Below are positions 9,029 to 18,305 of a stretch of DNA of 31,850 nt, in pieces. Positions within the stretch are counted from its first letter, which is position 1; the number at the start of each line of letters is the position of its first letter. The DNA is from Myxococcota bacterium (lineage in GTDB: Bacteria > Myxococcota_A > UBA796 > CAJQPC01): positions 1-31,850 of the forward strand of contig DASCPX010000205.1 of assembly GCA_036012755.1 (NCBI GenBank), in the 5' to 3' direction. The notes under the pieces were generated by a model, which was not told where the DNA came from, did no database searches, and worked only from the letters and a program-made list of their open reading frames with translations. A program made the position numbers and the translations under genes.

Positions 9029-10738
9029 CTACTCGATGTCTACGGTGTCGACCTCTCCCGCCACGATGAGCCAGCCGCTGTCCTTCATCTCCACCTGGGC
9101 GTCGGAGATTAGCAGACCCTTGCCCTCGAGCTCGTCGAGATTCCCGAAGTCCTCGAGCGGGATCACCGGCAAGGGGACTCCCGGCATGAAGTCGGCCGCC
9201 GAGCCGATGAGCGTCGGCGTCATCAGGCGGAACAGGGACGCGACGTCCCCGGGATCGAGGCCCTCTGGCGTCGCCAGCATTCCGACGTCGACGGCGACGT
9301 AGGCAGGCCGATCGTCGAGCTGGACCCCGAGCGCTTCGCCGTCCTGGACGAGGTCACCTCCGGCGAGGACGTTGATCGAGGCCGTGACCTTCTCGCCGTC
9401 GCTGCGCGTGATGTCCATCACGAACTCCCCCAGCTGCAGCACCATGCCGTGCTCCTCGTCGCCAGGCCTGATGACCGGGGGGAGCTGGAAGTCGAGCACG
9501 AGGTTCTCGACCGGCCCGAGAGGAGCAGGGAGGGGCTCGCCGGCGAGCACGGCGATCTCCACGGCGCCGAACTCGAGGCGCAGGGCCCCCGTCGCCCAGA
9601 AGGCGAAGAGCACCTGGTCGACGAGGTCGTCATCGATGGCAACGACGAAGGGCAGTGATCGGTCGATCGGCCAGGTGGGAGCTGCCTCGCTGGTGCGGGT
9701 CGAGCCGGCGGTGTCGGGGATCGAGCCGCCGGTGCCCTCGGCGACCCCGTCGAGGGTCAAGAGCAGGCCGTCCTCGCTGACGTCCAGCCCCGAAAGCGTC
9801 AAGGTCAGGCTGGCGCTGCCGGTGAGGTCGAGGTCCACGGCGTAGGCCTCGAGGTACTGCCCGATGACCCCGTCCGACATCTCGAGGACGGTGCTCTCGA
9901 GCTGCTCCTCGATGGTCTCCTGGGCCCAGCCCTCGATCCAGCTCTCGATGAAGCCCGGGACCCAGTCGATCTCGAGCTCGAAGCCGTGAAGCGTGGCCGC
10001 AGCCTCGACCACCTCGATGTCCACGCCGCCAGTGGGCTCGAGGCGGACGAGCACGATGACCTCTGTGCAGGTCCCGGTCCCCTGCGTGGAGAGCCAGGAG
10101 TAGCCACCCTTGCCGAAGACATCGAAGGCCAGCTCGACGTCGTCGAGGGTCGCCAACACCGGCAGCTCCCCGTCCTGGGGGTCGATGTCGATGTCGACGT
10201 CGTCGAAGGAGAAGCCCGCGACGACGACGTCGTAGCTGTCGTTCTCGATGGTCATGCCGACGATGCCGTCGGTGAGCGCCGGGTCCGAGATCACGAGCTG
10301 GAGGATCGCGGCCACGTCGTCGAGATCGGGCTTGTCGTCGTCGAGCAGCTCGGGACCGATCTTCATCCGCACCGCGTCTGGGATGACCGCCGCCGGCTCG
10401 TTGTCCCCGGCGTAGTGGAAGCTGAGGCCCTCGACCGCGCGCTCACCGCCGGAGTCCTCGACGCGCAGCCCGATGACGTTCACGCCCGGCGTGGGCTCGA
10501 ACGCAAGGCTGAAGCGACCGTCGCTCTCGAAGGGGATCTCCTCGCCGTCGAGCAGCAGTCTCTCGATCGGCGCCGAGCCCTGGGTCAGCGTGCCGGAGAG
10601 CGTCACGGCCTGGCCACCCTCGATGAACGAGCCGCGCGCGGGGCTCTGGACCTCGATCATCGGGAGTCGCACGATCGGCTCTCGAGCACTCACCGGGTCG
10701 TCCCGGGTGCATGAGATCAACGTGAGGAGGGCGAACAC
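9029..10738 (-). CDS. Acidic lipoprotein with N-terminal Ig-like domain and possible BPI/LBP-like region
   Basis: MFALLTLISC. Ig-like pattern IEVQSPARG...GVNVIGLRVEDSGG. Later VAIDDDLVDQVLFAFWATG resembles the BPI C-domain helix (weak call). Confidence 0.65.
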   Translation of the reverse strand: MFALLTLISCTRDDPVSAREPIVRLPMIEVQSPARGSFIEGGQAVTLSGTLTQGSAPIERLLLDGEEIPFESDGRFSLAFEPTPGVNVIGLRVEDSGGERAVEGLSFHYAGDNEPAAVIPDAVRMKIGPELLDDDKPDLDDVAAILQLVISDPALTDGIVGMTIENDSYDVVVAGFSFDDVDIDIDPQDGELPVLATLDDVELAFDVFGKGGYSWLSTQGTGTCTEVIVLVRLEPTGGVDIEVVEAAATLHGFELEIDWVPGFIESWIEGWAQETIEEQLESTVLEMSDGVIGQYLEAYAVDLDLTGSASLTLTLSGLDVSEDGLLLTLDGVAEGTGGSIPDTAGSTRTSEAAPTWPIDRSLPFVVAIDDDLVDQVLFAFWATGALRLEFGAVEIAVLAGEPLPAPLGPVENLVLDFQLPPVIRPGDEEHGMVLQLGEFVMDITRSDGEKVTASINVLAGGDLVQDGEALGVQLDDRPAYVAVDVGMLATPEGLDPGDVASLFRLMTPTLIGSAADFMPGVPLPVIPLEDFGNLDELEGKGLLISDAQVEMKDSGWLIVAGEVDTVDIE

Positions 10739-10767
10739 CGGGGTTTCACTCCATTATTGGGGCCGCG

Positions 10768-12117
10768 ATGTACCCCCTGGCAGCCTACCCCGCCACAGTG
10801 ACATCGGCGGGAGCCTTGCGAGGCGCCCTCGATGCGGCCGTCGAGGGCCTTGTCGGGGACTGGGTCGGCTCGCTGATCATCTCCACGGGCATCGTGGTGC
10901 TCTTCGTCGTAGCCGAGACGTGGAAGCGGCTGGCGAAGGTGCCGACCGAGTGGACGCGCAAGCTCACGCACCTCGGCGCCGGCGCGATCGTCATGAGCTT
11001 CCCCTGGCTCATCGACTCGGCGATCTCGGCCCTGGCGCTGGCCCTGTCCTTCGGCCTCATCCTCGTCGCGGGCAAGAAGACCGGGCTGTTGTCTTCGGTG
11101 CACGACGTCGAGCGAAAGACCCAGGGCGCCTACCTCTACCCCCTGGCGGTCTTCGGCGTCTTCATGCTCGCAGACGGGGACGCCCTGTTGTTCTGCGTGC
11201 CGCTGGCGATCATGGCGGTGGCAGACACCGGCGCGGCCATCGTGGGCAAGCACGCCGGGGGCACCCGCTACAAGGTCCTCGACGGCGAGCGGAGCCTGGA
11301 AGGCAGCCTCTCCTTCTTCGGCATCGCCTTCGCCATCGCCATCGGCGGGCTCGCCCTGGCCGGTCGCCCCGGATGGCCGGCCTCCCTGCTCGTGGCGCTG
11401 GTGGTGGCCATCCTCACGACCTCGGTCGAGGCCGTCAGCGTGCGCGGCAGCGACAACGTGCTCATCCCCTACGCTGCCTGGATCGCCCTGGAGCGAACCC
11501 TGGACCTTGGGCTCGCCGGGCTGGAGCCCTGGCTCGTCGGCATGCTCTGCGTGGGCACGGTGCTCGCCGTGACGTGGCGCCAGGCTCAGCTGACGGTCGC
11601 CGGCGGCGTGACGCTCTTCCTCATCGGCAGCCTTGCCTACGCCACGGGCGGCTGGGCGTGGGCGGCCCCTTTCTACGCCGTCTACGCCTTGTTCCTCGTC
11701 GTGCGCCTGCCCCGCGCGGAGACCGATCTCGACGAGGTCTTCGCGACCTCTGCGGGAAGCCTGGTGCTGCTCTTGGCGTTCTCTCACACCGGACAAGAGA
11801 GCCTGCTGGTGCCCTTCCTCGTGACCGTCTCCGCCAACGCCGCGATCCTGATGGGCACCCTCGTCTGGCAGTGGTCGGCGGAGCGCGGTGGCGGGCGCAT
11901 CTGGTCGGTGCTGCGCATCGTGGGCGTCGTCATCGGCGCGCTGGTGCCCGCGGTCGTATCCTGGGCGCTGGGCCTGGAGGGCCACCTCATCACGATCACG
12001 GCCGGCGGCATCGTCGGGGTCGTGCTCTTCCGGCTCGTCGAAGGGGCGGCCTTCAAGGGGCGACGGCTCCTCTGCTCGCTCAGCGTCGGGGTTTTGGCCT
12101 GGGCCGTGCTCGGTTAG
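10768..12117 (+). CDS. CTP-dependent polyprenol (phytol/dolichol) kinase family membrane protein with extra C-terminal TM region
   Basis: WTRKLTHLGAG, ADTGAAIVGK, RSLEGSLSFF, EAVSVRGSDNVLIP, plus many TM helices. Confidence 0.85.
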   Translation: MYPLAAYPATVTSAGALRGALDAAVEGLVGDWVGSLIISTGIVVLFVVAETWKRLAKVPTEWTRKLTHLGAGAIVMSFPWLIDSAISALALALSFGLILVAGKKTGLLSSVHDVERKTQGAYLYPLAVFGVFMLADGDALLFCVPLAIMAVADTGAAIVGKHAGGTRYKVLDGERSLEGSLSFFGIAFAIAIGGLALAGRPGWPASLLVALVVAILTTSVEAVSVRGSDNVLIPYAAWIALERTLDLGLAGLEPWLVGMLCVGTVLAVTWRQAQLTVAGGVTLFLIGSLAYATGGWAWAAPFYAVYALFLVVRLPRAETDLDEVFATSAGSLVLLLAFSHTGQESLLVPFLVTVSANAAILMGTLVWQWSAERGGGRIWSVLRIVGVVIGALVPAVVSWALGLEGHLITITAGGIVGVVLFRLVEGAAFKGRRLLCSLSVGVLAWAVLG

Positions 12118-12126
12118 CCCAGACCG

Positions 12127-12684
12127 ATGCTCCTGCTCTGGATACTCGCGGCCTCCGCCCAGGACCCTGAAGTGGTCCAGGCCGAGTACCGGCGCCTGCA
12201 CGAGGAGTCCAAGAAGCTCGCCCAGAAGCACCGTTGGGAGGGCGTCGAGCGCCTCTACGACGAGCTGCGTGAGCTGGGGGTCCCGCTCTCCTACGAGGAC
12301 CACATGCTCGGGGCGCAGGCATCGCGGGTAGAGGGCGACATCGCGGAGATGCTGCTGCGCCTGGACGCCGCCGCCGCCATCGAGCCGGGCTCCGAGGCGG
12401 ACAACCTGCGCCTCGAGGTCCGAGAGGACTGGCTCTACGTGGAGCTGACGACCGAGCCCCTGACCCCGACGCTGTTCGACTCGAAGGGCCTCTTCATCGC
12501 CGCCGACCAGCGCGCCACGATCGGCAACGCAAAGGCCCAGGTCGAGGCGACCGGCCAGTACGTCGGCTGGCTGCCACCAGGGCGCTACCGCTTCGCGGGC
12601 CAGCCCTTCGAGATCACACCAGAAGACGAGGGCACCTTCAGCCACACCCAGGACATGGGCTGGGGCGGAAAGAACCTCAGATGA
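12127..12684 (+). CDS. Hypothetical secreted protein, helical/TPR-like N-half
   Basis: 185-aa ORF with MLLLWILAASA|QD signal; stop overlaps the next ATG. Confidence 0.75.
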   Translation: MLLLWILAASAQDPEVVQAEYRRLHEESKKLAQKHRWEGVERLYDELRELGVPLSYEDHMLGAQASRVEGDIAEMLLRLDAAAAIEPGSEADNLRLEVREDWLYVELTTEPLTPTLFDSKGLFIAADQRATIGNAKAQVEATGQYVGWLPPGRYRFAGQPFEITPEDEGTFSHTQDMGWGGKNLR

Positions 12685-13823
12685 AGAAGCCCTTCATCGG
12701 AGACGCAGGCAAGGCCTCGCTCCTCGCCGCCTTCCTCGGCTGGGTCGTCCTCGGCCAGATGCTGCAGCGGGTCGCGGCCGCGGCAGAGAAGGGAATCGAG
12801 CTCGAGGGGCTGCTGGTCGCCAGCTTCGTGATCGCCCTCACCCTGACCGGAGTCGGAGGCCTGGTGGCGCTGTTGGGGCTGCTCCGAAAGCTGCCAGACG
12901 CCTCGCGCGGGAGATCCATCTTCGCCCTGGTGATCAACGGGGTCGCCGCGCTGGCAGCCTGCGGCATGTGGCTCATCCTGACGATCAACGCACAGCCGCC
13001 GTCGGTGGCCGCGGTGCTCGGAGCGGGGGCTATGCTGCCCGGGTTGGTGCCGGCTGCGACAGAAGACGCCGTCCTCGACGCCGCAGCCGGGGAGCGCGTG
13101 ACCAACTCGAAGGGACGCAGCCTCACCGTACGCTGGGAAGGCCCCATCGACGCCGCAATGCTGTCCGACCGAGGCACGATGCTCGAGGCGCTCTACGGCG
13201 ACACCGTGAAGGGCGAGCCGGAGTCCCAGGATGTCGGCGGGCACGCCGGAGTGCGGGCCCGGCTCGTTCTCGAAGGCCACCGCGCGGCGCTCATCAGCTG
13301 GCGATGCCCCGTCACTCGCAGGGCCTTCACGATGCTGACCATGGCTCCGAACCAGCAGGAGGCCACGGCCTACCTCGATGACGCCGTCGGCCTCGTCGCC
13401 TGCCACGGCTACGGGCACGTCAGCTATCCAGAGGCCCGCTGGAGCCCCCCCGAGGGCTGGGAGGACCTGGGCGAGGAGCAGGGGATCCAGTGGTACCTCG
13501 GCCCGAACCAGACCCTGGGGATCGCGGCGATGTCCATGTCGAACCCGGTCGACTTCATCGAGGCGTGCCCGCTGGCGATCGGCGAGGGGCTCGAGTTCGA
13601 GCTCGAGACACTGGGGAACCAGATCACCGCTCCGGCCCAGCCTCTCGAGACGGGCTGCGGCGCGGTGGTGGGTGTACACACACCAGAAGGCACGCAGGAG
13701 ACCGCCCGGGTCGAGCTGAGGCTCTGCGACAACATCGCCTTGCGTCTCTTCCACCACCTGGGCGAGGGCGCGGAACCCCACGAGCCGCAGGGCATCTCCT
13801 GCGTCGTCGTGGCAGAGGGATGA
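12681..13823 (+). CDS. Hypothetical membrane protein (about 3 TM plus soluble domains)
   Basis: 380-aa ORF with three hydrophobic segments in the first ~100 aa; ATGA coupling. Confidence 0.7.
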   Translation: MKKPFIGDAGKASLLAAFLGWVVLGQMLQRVAAAAEKGIELEGLLVASFVIALTLTGVGGLVALLGLLRKLPDASRGRSIFALVINGVAALAACGMWLILTINAQPPSVAAVLGAGAMLPGLVPAATEDAVLDAAAGERVTNSKGRSLTVRWEGPIDAAMLSDRGTMLEALYGDTVKGEPESQDVGGHAGVRARLVLEGHRAALISWRCPVTRRAFTMLTMAPNQQEATAYLDDAVGLVACHGYGHVSYPEARWSPPEGWEDLGEEQGIQWYLGPNQTLGIAAMSMSNPVDFIEACPLAIGEGLEFELETLGNQITAPAQPLETGCGAVVGVHTPEGTQETARVELRLCDNIALRLFHHLGEGAEPHEPQGISCVVVAEG

Positions 13824-13830
13824 TCGCGGC

Positions 13831-14697
13831 ATGAGCGCGTGGAGCGAAGCCGGTGGCGACGAGGCACGCCTCGCTCTGTACGCGCAGCTCGGGCAGGTCG
13901 AGGGTCTGGCCATCGACGACGGCCGGATCCTGGCCTCGATCAACCCCTCTCACGCCCCGACCGGCGCCCTCGGCGATCTCGTAGGCGGCACCTCGCAGAT
14001 CCAGGCCGGAGAGAGCTGGCTGCGAGAGCGCGGATGCCTCGCGGTGCAGGCCCCGCTGGAGCTCGCGACCTGGTTCCCCTACCGGGCCAACCTCGGCCCC
14101 CACGACGACGCCCCCTTCTGGGGAGAGCCCCAGGGCCCTCCCGAGCCCTGGCGAGAGGCCGGCTATCGGGAGGTCGCCCGCTACGCCTCGGCCCTGGCGG
14201 AGAACTCGGCGGCCACCGCTTATGGCCAGGCCAAGCGGCCTCGCGGCGTGCACATCCACCAGATGGGGGACTTCGAGGAGAGCCTGGAGAGCATCTGGCG
14301 CCTGGCCACGAGCAGCTTCGAAGAGGCCTACGCCTACTCTCCCCTGCCCCAGGAGGCGATGGCCGCCCTCTACCGACCGCTGAGGGACCACGTCGTCCCA
14401 GAGCTGGTGCTCTTCGCCGAGGTCGACCGCGAGCCCGCCGGCTTCGTCTTCGGCATCCCGGACCTCGCGGCGCCAGGCAGCGGCCGCTTCATCGTCAAGA
14501 CCCTGGCGGTGGCCCCCGCCCATCGTCGCAGCGGCATGGGCGCATGGCTGGTCGGAGAGCTCCACCGCGCGGCCTCCAAGCTCGGCTTCACCCACGGCAT
14601 CCACGCCCTGATGTGGGCCGGCTCTCGCTCTCGCAACATCTCGGCCCACGGCGGGCGGGTCTTCCGCGAGTACGCCCTGTACATGAAGGCCCTGTGA
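13831..14697 (+). CDS. GNAT-family acyltransferase
   Basis: Acyl-CoA-binding motif IVKTLAVAPAHRRSGMGAWL, PAGFVFGIPD, HALM, FREYALY. Confidence 0.85.
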   Translation: MSAWSEAGGDEARLALYAQLGQVEGLAIDDGRILASINPSHAPTGALGDLVGGTSQIQAGESWLRERGCLAVQAPLELATWFPYRANLGPHDDAPFWGEPQGPPEPWREAGYREVARYASALAENSAATAYGQAKRPRGVHIHQMGDFEESLESIWRLATSSFEEAYAYSPLPQEAMAALYRPLRDHVVPELVLFAEVDREPAGFVFGIPDLAAPGSGRFIVKTLAVAPAHRRSGMGAWLVGELHRAASKLGFTHGIHALMWAGSRSRNISAHGGRVFREYALYMKAL

Positions 14698-16205
14698 ACG
14701 TCGCGCGACACCTCGTCGGGCTGGGGGCTCGGCAAGGGGACCGCGCAGCGCTCATCGAGCCCGGGGGGGACAGCCTCAGCTTCGCGGAGCTGGAGGCCCG
14801 GACCGCGGCGATCGCCGGGGGGCTTGGAGAGCTGGGGCTGGAGCCAGGGGACCGGGTGCTGCTCCTGGCGCCGATGGGCATCCCCCTCTACGAGGCGCTC
14901 ATCGCGCTCTTGCGGGGGCTCTACACCATCGTCCTGTTGGACCCCTCGGCCCCCAGGTGCGCAGAGAACCTGGCCAGGGTCGGCCTCTCGGCGTTCATCG
15001 GCTCGGGCAAGGCCCAGCTGTTGCGCCTGAAGCACGCCGAGCTCCGTGGACTGAAGCGCTACGTGGCGACCTCGCTGTGCGTGCTCCCCCATCGCCGCCT
15101 CGGCAACCTCCGGGGGGATCCGCTGGGACCGCTCGATCCGCCGAGCGAGGACTTCCCGGCCCTGTTGACCTTCACGACAGGCTCGACCGGGCGCCCGAAG
15201 ACCGTGGCCCGCTCCCACCGCTTCCTGGAAGCCCAGCGCTCGATCCTCACGGAGCACATGGGGCTCTCCGAGGGGGACATCGACCTGCCCACGCTGCCGG
15301 TCTTCCTGCTGAACTCCCTCGCCGCTGGAGCCACCTGTGTGCTGCCCGACGCCGACCTGCGGCGGGTCGACTCGGTGGAGCCGGCGCGGGTCATCCGACA
15401 GCTCCGGGAGCACCGCTGCACCTCGACCTCGGGCAGTCCCGCCTTCTACGCCCCGATCGCAGAGGCCCTCTGTCGTGCCGAGGAGACGCTGCCGGATCTG
15501 AACAAGCTCTTCACCGGGGGCGCCCGGGTGCCCTCGTCGCTCCTGGAGCAGCTGGTGAAGGTGGCGCCCAATGCTCGCATCGAGGTCGTCTATGGCTCCA
15601 CGGAGGCCGAGCCCATCGCCTCGATCACGGCCGAAGAGGTCCTGGACGAGACCGCCGCCGCGGAGCGCGAAGGCCGAGGCTCCTGCGTCGGCAGGCCCGT
15701 GCCGCAGATCGACCTTCGAATCGCGAGGCCCGGCACGGTCGAGGCGCTCGAGACCGGAGCGATCGGCGAGGTCGTCGTCGCTGGCGAGCACGTGAACGAG
15801 GGCTACTTCGAGGACCCCTCGGCGGACGCGGAGAACAAGGTCACGGAGGGTGACCGCGTCTGGCACCGCACGGGAGACACGGGCTACCTCGATGAGCGAG
15901 GCCGCATCTGGCTCGCCGGCAGGGTCAAGGACATGGTCGGGGAGCTCCACCCCTTCATGGTCGAGGGCCGCGTGGACAGCCGTTGTTGGGTGCGACGCTC
16001 GGGTCTCGTCGAGCTCGACGGCGAGCCCGTGCTCGGGGTGGTGGTAGAGGACGCCCCGAAGGGCTGGCGAGAAGCCCTTTCCGAGGAGCTCGATCTGCGA
16101 GTCGAGGTGGTGGCCGCCATGCCGCTGGATCCGAGGCACAACGCCAAGATCGACCGGGCAGCCCTGTGCTCCATGCTGGCGGGAGCGATACAGGAGTCGG
16201 GATGA
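14694..16205 (+). CDS. AMP-binding (ANL) enzyme, OleC-like subgroup
   Basis: FTTGSTGRPK P-loop, YGSTEAEP, GEVVVAGEHV, WHRTGDTG, PLDPRHNAKIDR. GTG 14694 overlaps the GNAT stop. Confidence 0.88.
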   Translation: MNVARHLVGLGARQGDRAALIEPGGDSLSFAELEARTAAIAGGLGELGLEPGDRVLLLAPMGIPLYEALIALLRGLYTIVLLDPSAPRCAENLARVGLSAFIGSGKAQLLRLKHAELRGLKRYVATSLCVLPHRRLGNLRGDPLGPLDPPSEDFPALLTFTTGSTGRPKTVARSHRFLEAQRSILTEHMGLSEGDIDLPTLPVFLLNSLAAGATCVLPDADLRRVDSVEPARVIRQLREHRCTSTSGSPAFYAPIAEALCRAEETLPDLNKLFTGGARVPSSLLEQLVKVAPNARIEVVYGSTEAEPIASITAEEVLDETAAAEREGRGSCVGRPVPQIDLRIARPGTVEALETGAIGEVVVAGEHVNEGYFEDPSADAENKVTEGDRVWHRTGDTGYLDERGRIWLAGRVKDMVGELHPFMVEGRVDSRCWVRRSGLVELDGEPVLGVVVEDAPKGWREALSEELDLRVEVVAAMPLDPRHNAKIDRAALCSMLAGAIQESG

Positions 16206-16693
16206 TGTTCCTGCTCCTGGCCTGTACGAGCAACGCCGAGTTCAAGGCGGGCGACTACCAAGTCTACACGGTCGAGATGAGCGACGACTGCCTCGACGGC
16301 GCCCTCGAGGCGCTGTTCATGCCAGAAGGCCGCACCACGCCTCATGCCTTCGAGTTCCCCATCTACGTGCCCTCCCTCGATGAGCTGCCCGCCTCCTACG
16401 AGATCAGCCTCCGGGAGCCCTTTGTCGGCATGCCGATCACCGTCACGGCACAGGGGAGGTCTCTCCAGTTCGAGGGTGGCGTCATGGAGGAGGTGCTCGT
16501 CAACGAGAACCGCTACGGGGACTGCGTGTCGACGATGACCGTGGACGCCGCCATCGTGCCCACGTCGAAGTACTCCGGCATCGGCGACGCCACGATCGAG
16601 ATCTCCGACTGGCGCGGCGACGAGGGCCGCTGCCCGGAGCCGGACGCCGACCCCTGCCTGGTGGCCCTGGAGCTGAAGCTCGAGCGCCTCTGA
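16202..16693 (+). CDS. Hypothetical lipoprotein (163 aa)
   Basis: MMFLLLAC; ATGA overlap with the ligase stop; AGGAG upstream. Confidence 0.75.
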   Translation: MMFLLLACTSNAEFKAGDYQVYTVEMSDDCLDGALEALFMPEGRTTPHAFEFPIYVPSLDELPASYEISLREPFVGMPITVTAQGRSLQFEGGVMEEVLVNENRYGDCVSTMTVDAAIVPTSKYSGIGDATIEISDWRGDEGRCPEPDADPCLVALELKLERL

Positions 16694-16747
16694 GCCCATG
16701 GCGAGCGCTCGTCGGGTTAGGGTTCGGCCGGTTGTCGGGAGCCTCAG

Positions 16748-17107
16748 CTGAGTCCCTGGTCCGCAGCGCTGTTGTTCGTTGGGCTGTCCGTCCTGATCAT
16801 CGGCGGCAGCATCGCCGCCGCAGTGGTGCTCCGAACACGGTCCCGGTCGCCATCGCCCCTGCAGCGTGACACCTACGAGTGCGGCGAGGAGCCCGACGGC
16901 GCCGCCTGGGTCCGCTTCCACCCGCGCTACTACCTCGTGGCCCTGGTGTTCGTGCTCTTCGACGTCGAGGTGGCCTTCCTCCTGCCCTGGGCCCTGAACC
17001 TCCGCGAGCTGGGCGATCTGGCCCTCGTGGACATGGGCATCTTCCTCGGGGTGCTCTTGCTCGGCTGGATCTACGCCCTCAAGAAGGGGGCCCTGAAGTG
17101 GCAGTAG
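16748..17107 (+). CDS. nuoA: NADH-quinone oxidoreductase subunit A
   Basis: [40 protein letters not shown]. Start inferred at CTG 16748 after GGAG; TTG 16772 is an alternative. Confidence 0.93.
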   Translation: MSPWSAALLFVGLSVLIIGGSIAAAVVLRTRSRSPSPLQRDTYECGEEPDGAAWVRFHPRYYLVALVFVLFDVEVAFLLPWALNLRELGDLALVDMGIFLGVLLLGWIYALKKGALKWQ

Positions 17108-17850
17108 ACGAGTCCAACAAGAGCTTCGAACACCCGCTCTACAGCGTGATCGAGCGCATCCCGGGCGGAGCGATCGGGCTGTCCACTCTCGACGCCCTGC
17201 TGACCTGGGGCATGAAGAACTCGCTCTGGACATTCCCGATGGCGACCAGCTGCTGCGGCATCGAGTTCATGGCCGCGGCGGCGAGTCGCTTCGACATGGA
17301 CCGCATCGGCAGCATCGCCAGGGGCTCGCCCAGGCACTGCGACGTGATGGTCGTCGCGGGCACCATCACCGTGAAGATGGCCCCCCGGGTCAAGAAGCTC
17401 TGGGACCAGATGCCCGAGCCCAAGTGGTGCATCGCCATGGGCTCCTGCGCCATCTCCGGCGACTTCTACCGAGACATCTACAGCGTCGTTCCAGGGGTCG
17501 ATGTCTTCCTGCCGGTGGACGTGTACGTCCCCGGATGCCCCCCGAACCCCGAGGCGCTCCTCCAGGGACTGCGCGCCCTGCAGGACAAGATCGAGAAACA
17601 GCGTCGCGGCGAGTGGGTCGAACCGGAGATCCGGCGGGACAGCCCCGGCATGAGGGTCCCGAGCATCCCGCGCATCGGCGTCCCCGAGCGCAGCCCCCAC
17701 ATCGACGCCGCGCAGGTGCGGCGGGTCCAGGTCCTGGACGTCGGCGGCGCCTCCTACCGTCCGGGGACCGAGGGCGAGGCCAGCGCCCTGCCCGAGGAGA
17801 CCGTGGACCTCGCCGAGGAGACCGAAGACCTCGCCGAGGAGACCCTGTGA
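17098..17850 (+). CDS. nuoB: NADH-quinone oxidoreductase subunit B with C-terminal extension
   Basis: [52 protein letters not shown] start at 17098. Confidence 0.95.
   Translation: MAVDESNKSFEHPLYSVIERIPGGAIGLSTLDALLTWGMKNSLWTFPMATSCCGIEFMAAAASRFDMDRIGSIARGSPRHCDVMVVAGTITVKMAPRVKKLWDQMPEPKWCIAMGSCAISGDFYRDIYSVVPGVDVFLPVDVYVPGCPPNPEALLQGLRALQDKIEKQRRGEWVEPEIRRDSPGMRVPSIPRIGVPERSPHIDAAQVRRVQVLDVGGASYRPGTEGEASALPEETVDLAEETEDLAEETL
17792..17844 (+). repeat. 21-bp tandem repeat (about 2.5 copies) at the nuoB 3' end
   Basis: CCGAGGAGACCGTGGACCTCG / CCGAGGAGACCGAAGACCTCG / CCGAGGAGACC, encoding [17 protein letters not shown]. Confidence 0.9.
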
Positions 17851-18305
17851 TCCCAGCCGACACCGCTGAGTTCTTCGCGCGCGTGCTGGGACCGGAGGTG
17901 GCCTCGGAGCCAGAGCTGGGCCCGCTTGTCCCACCGGCGCTGCTGCTGGAGCTCGCCCGCGGGCTCGTTCAGCTGGAGTTCCGGTACCTCGTCTACTGCG
18001 CCGCGGCCCACTTCCCGGAGGAGGACGGACTCGAGACCTGCATGGTGACCTACCGGGTCCGCCGCTTCGGTCCAGAGGCCGCCAGCGTGGCCTTCCACCT
18101 CCGCGTCCCCTACGGCACGGCCACACCCAGCCTGGCGTCATTGTGGGCAGGCGCGGACTGGCAGGAGCGCGAGCAGTACGACCTCGTCGGAGCCCTGTTC
18201 ACGGGCCACCCGGACCTCCGCCGCATCATGATGCCAGAGGACTGGGAGGGGCATCCGCTCCGCCGCGACTACGCCATCGACACCCCTCACTTCCCGTGGC
18301 GGTGA
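17847..18305 (+). CDS. nuoC: NADH-quinone oxidoreductase subunit C
   Basis: [45 protein letters not shown]. Confidence 0.93.
   Translation: MIPADTAEFFARVLGPEVASEPELGPLVPPALLLELARGLVQLEFRYLVYCAAAHFPEEDGLETCMVTYRVRRFGPEAASVAFHLRVPYGTATPSLASLWAGADWQEREQYDLVGALFTGHPDLRRIMMPEDWEGHPLRRDYAIDTPHFPWR

Noticed and set aside
13839..14693. N-terminal extension of the 788-aa AMP-ligase ORF
   Set aside because: It is an alternate frame of the GNAT gene; the ligase begins at GTG 14694. The same artefact inflates the nuoB, C, H, I, J and K ORFs in the track.
16718..16723. TAGGGT as the nuo operon -10 box
   Set aside because: No matching -35 element; a single hexamer is too weak to call.
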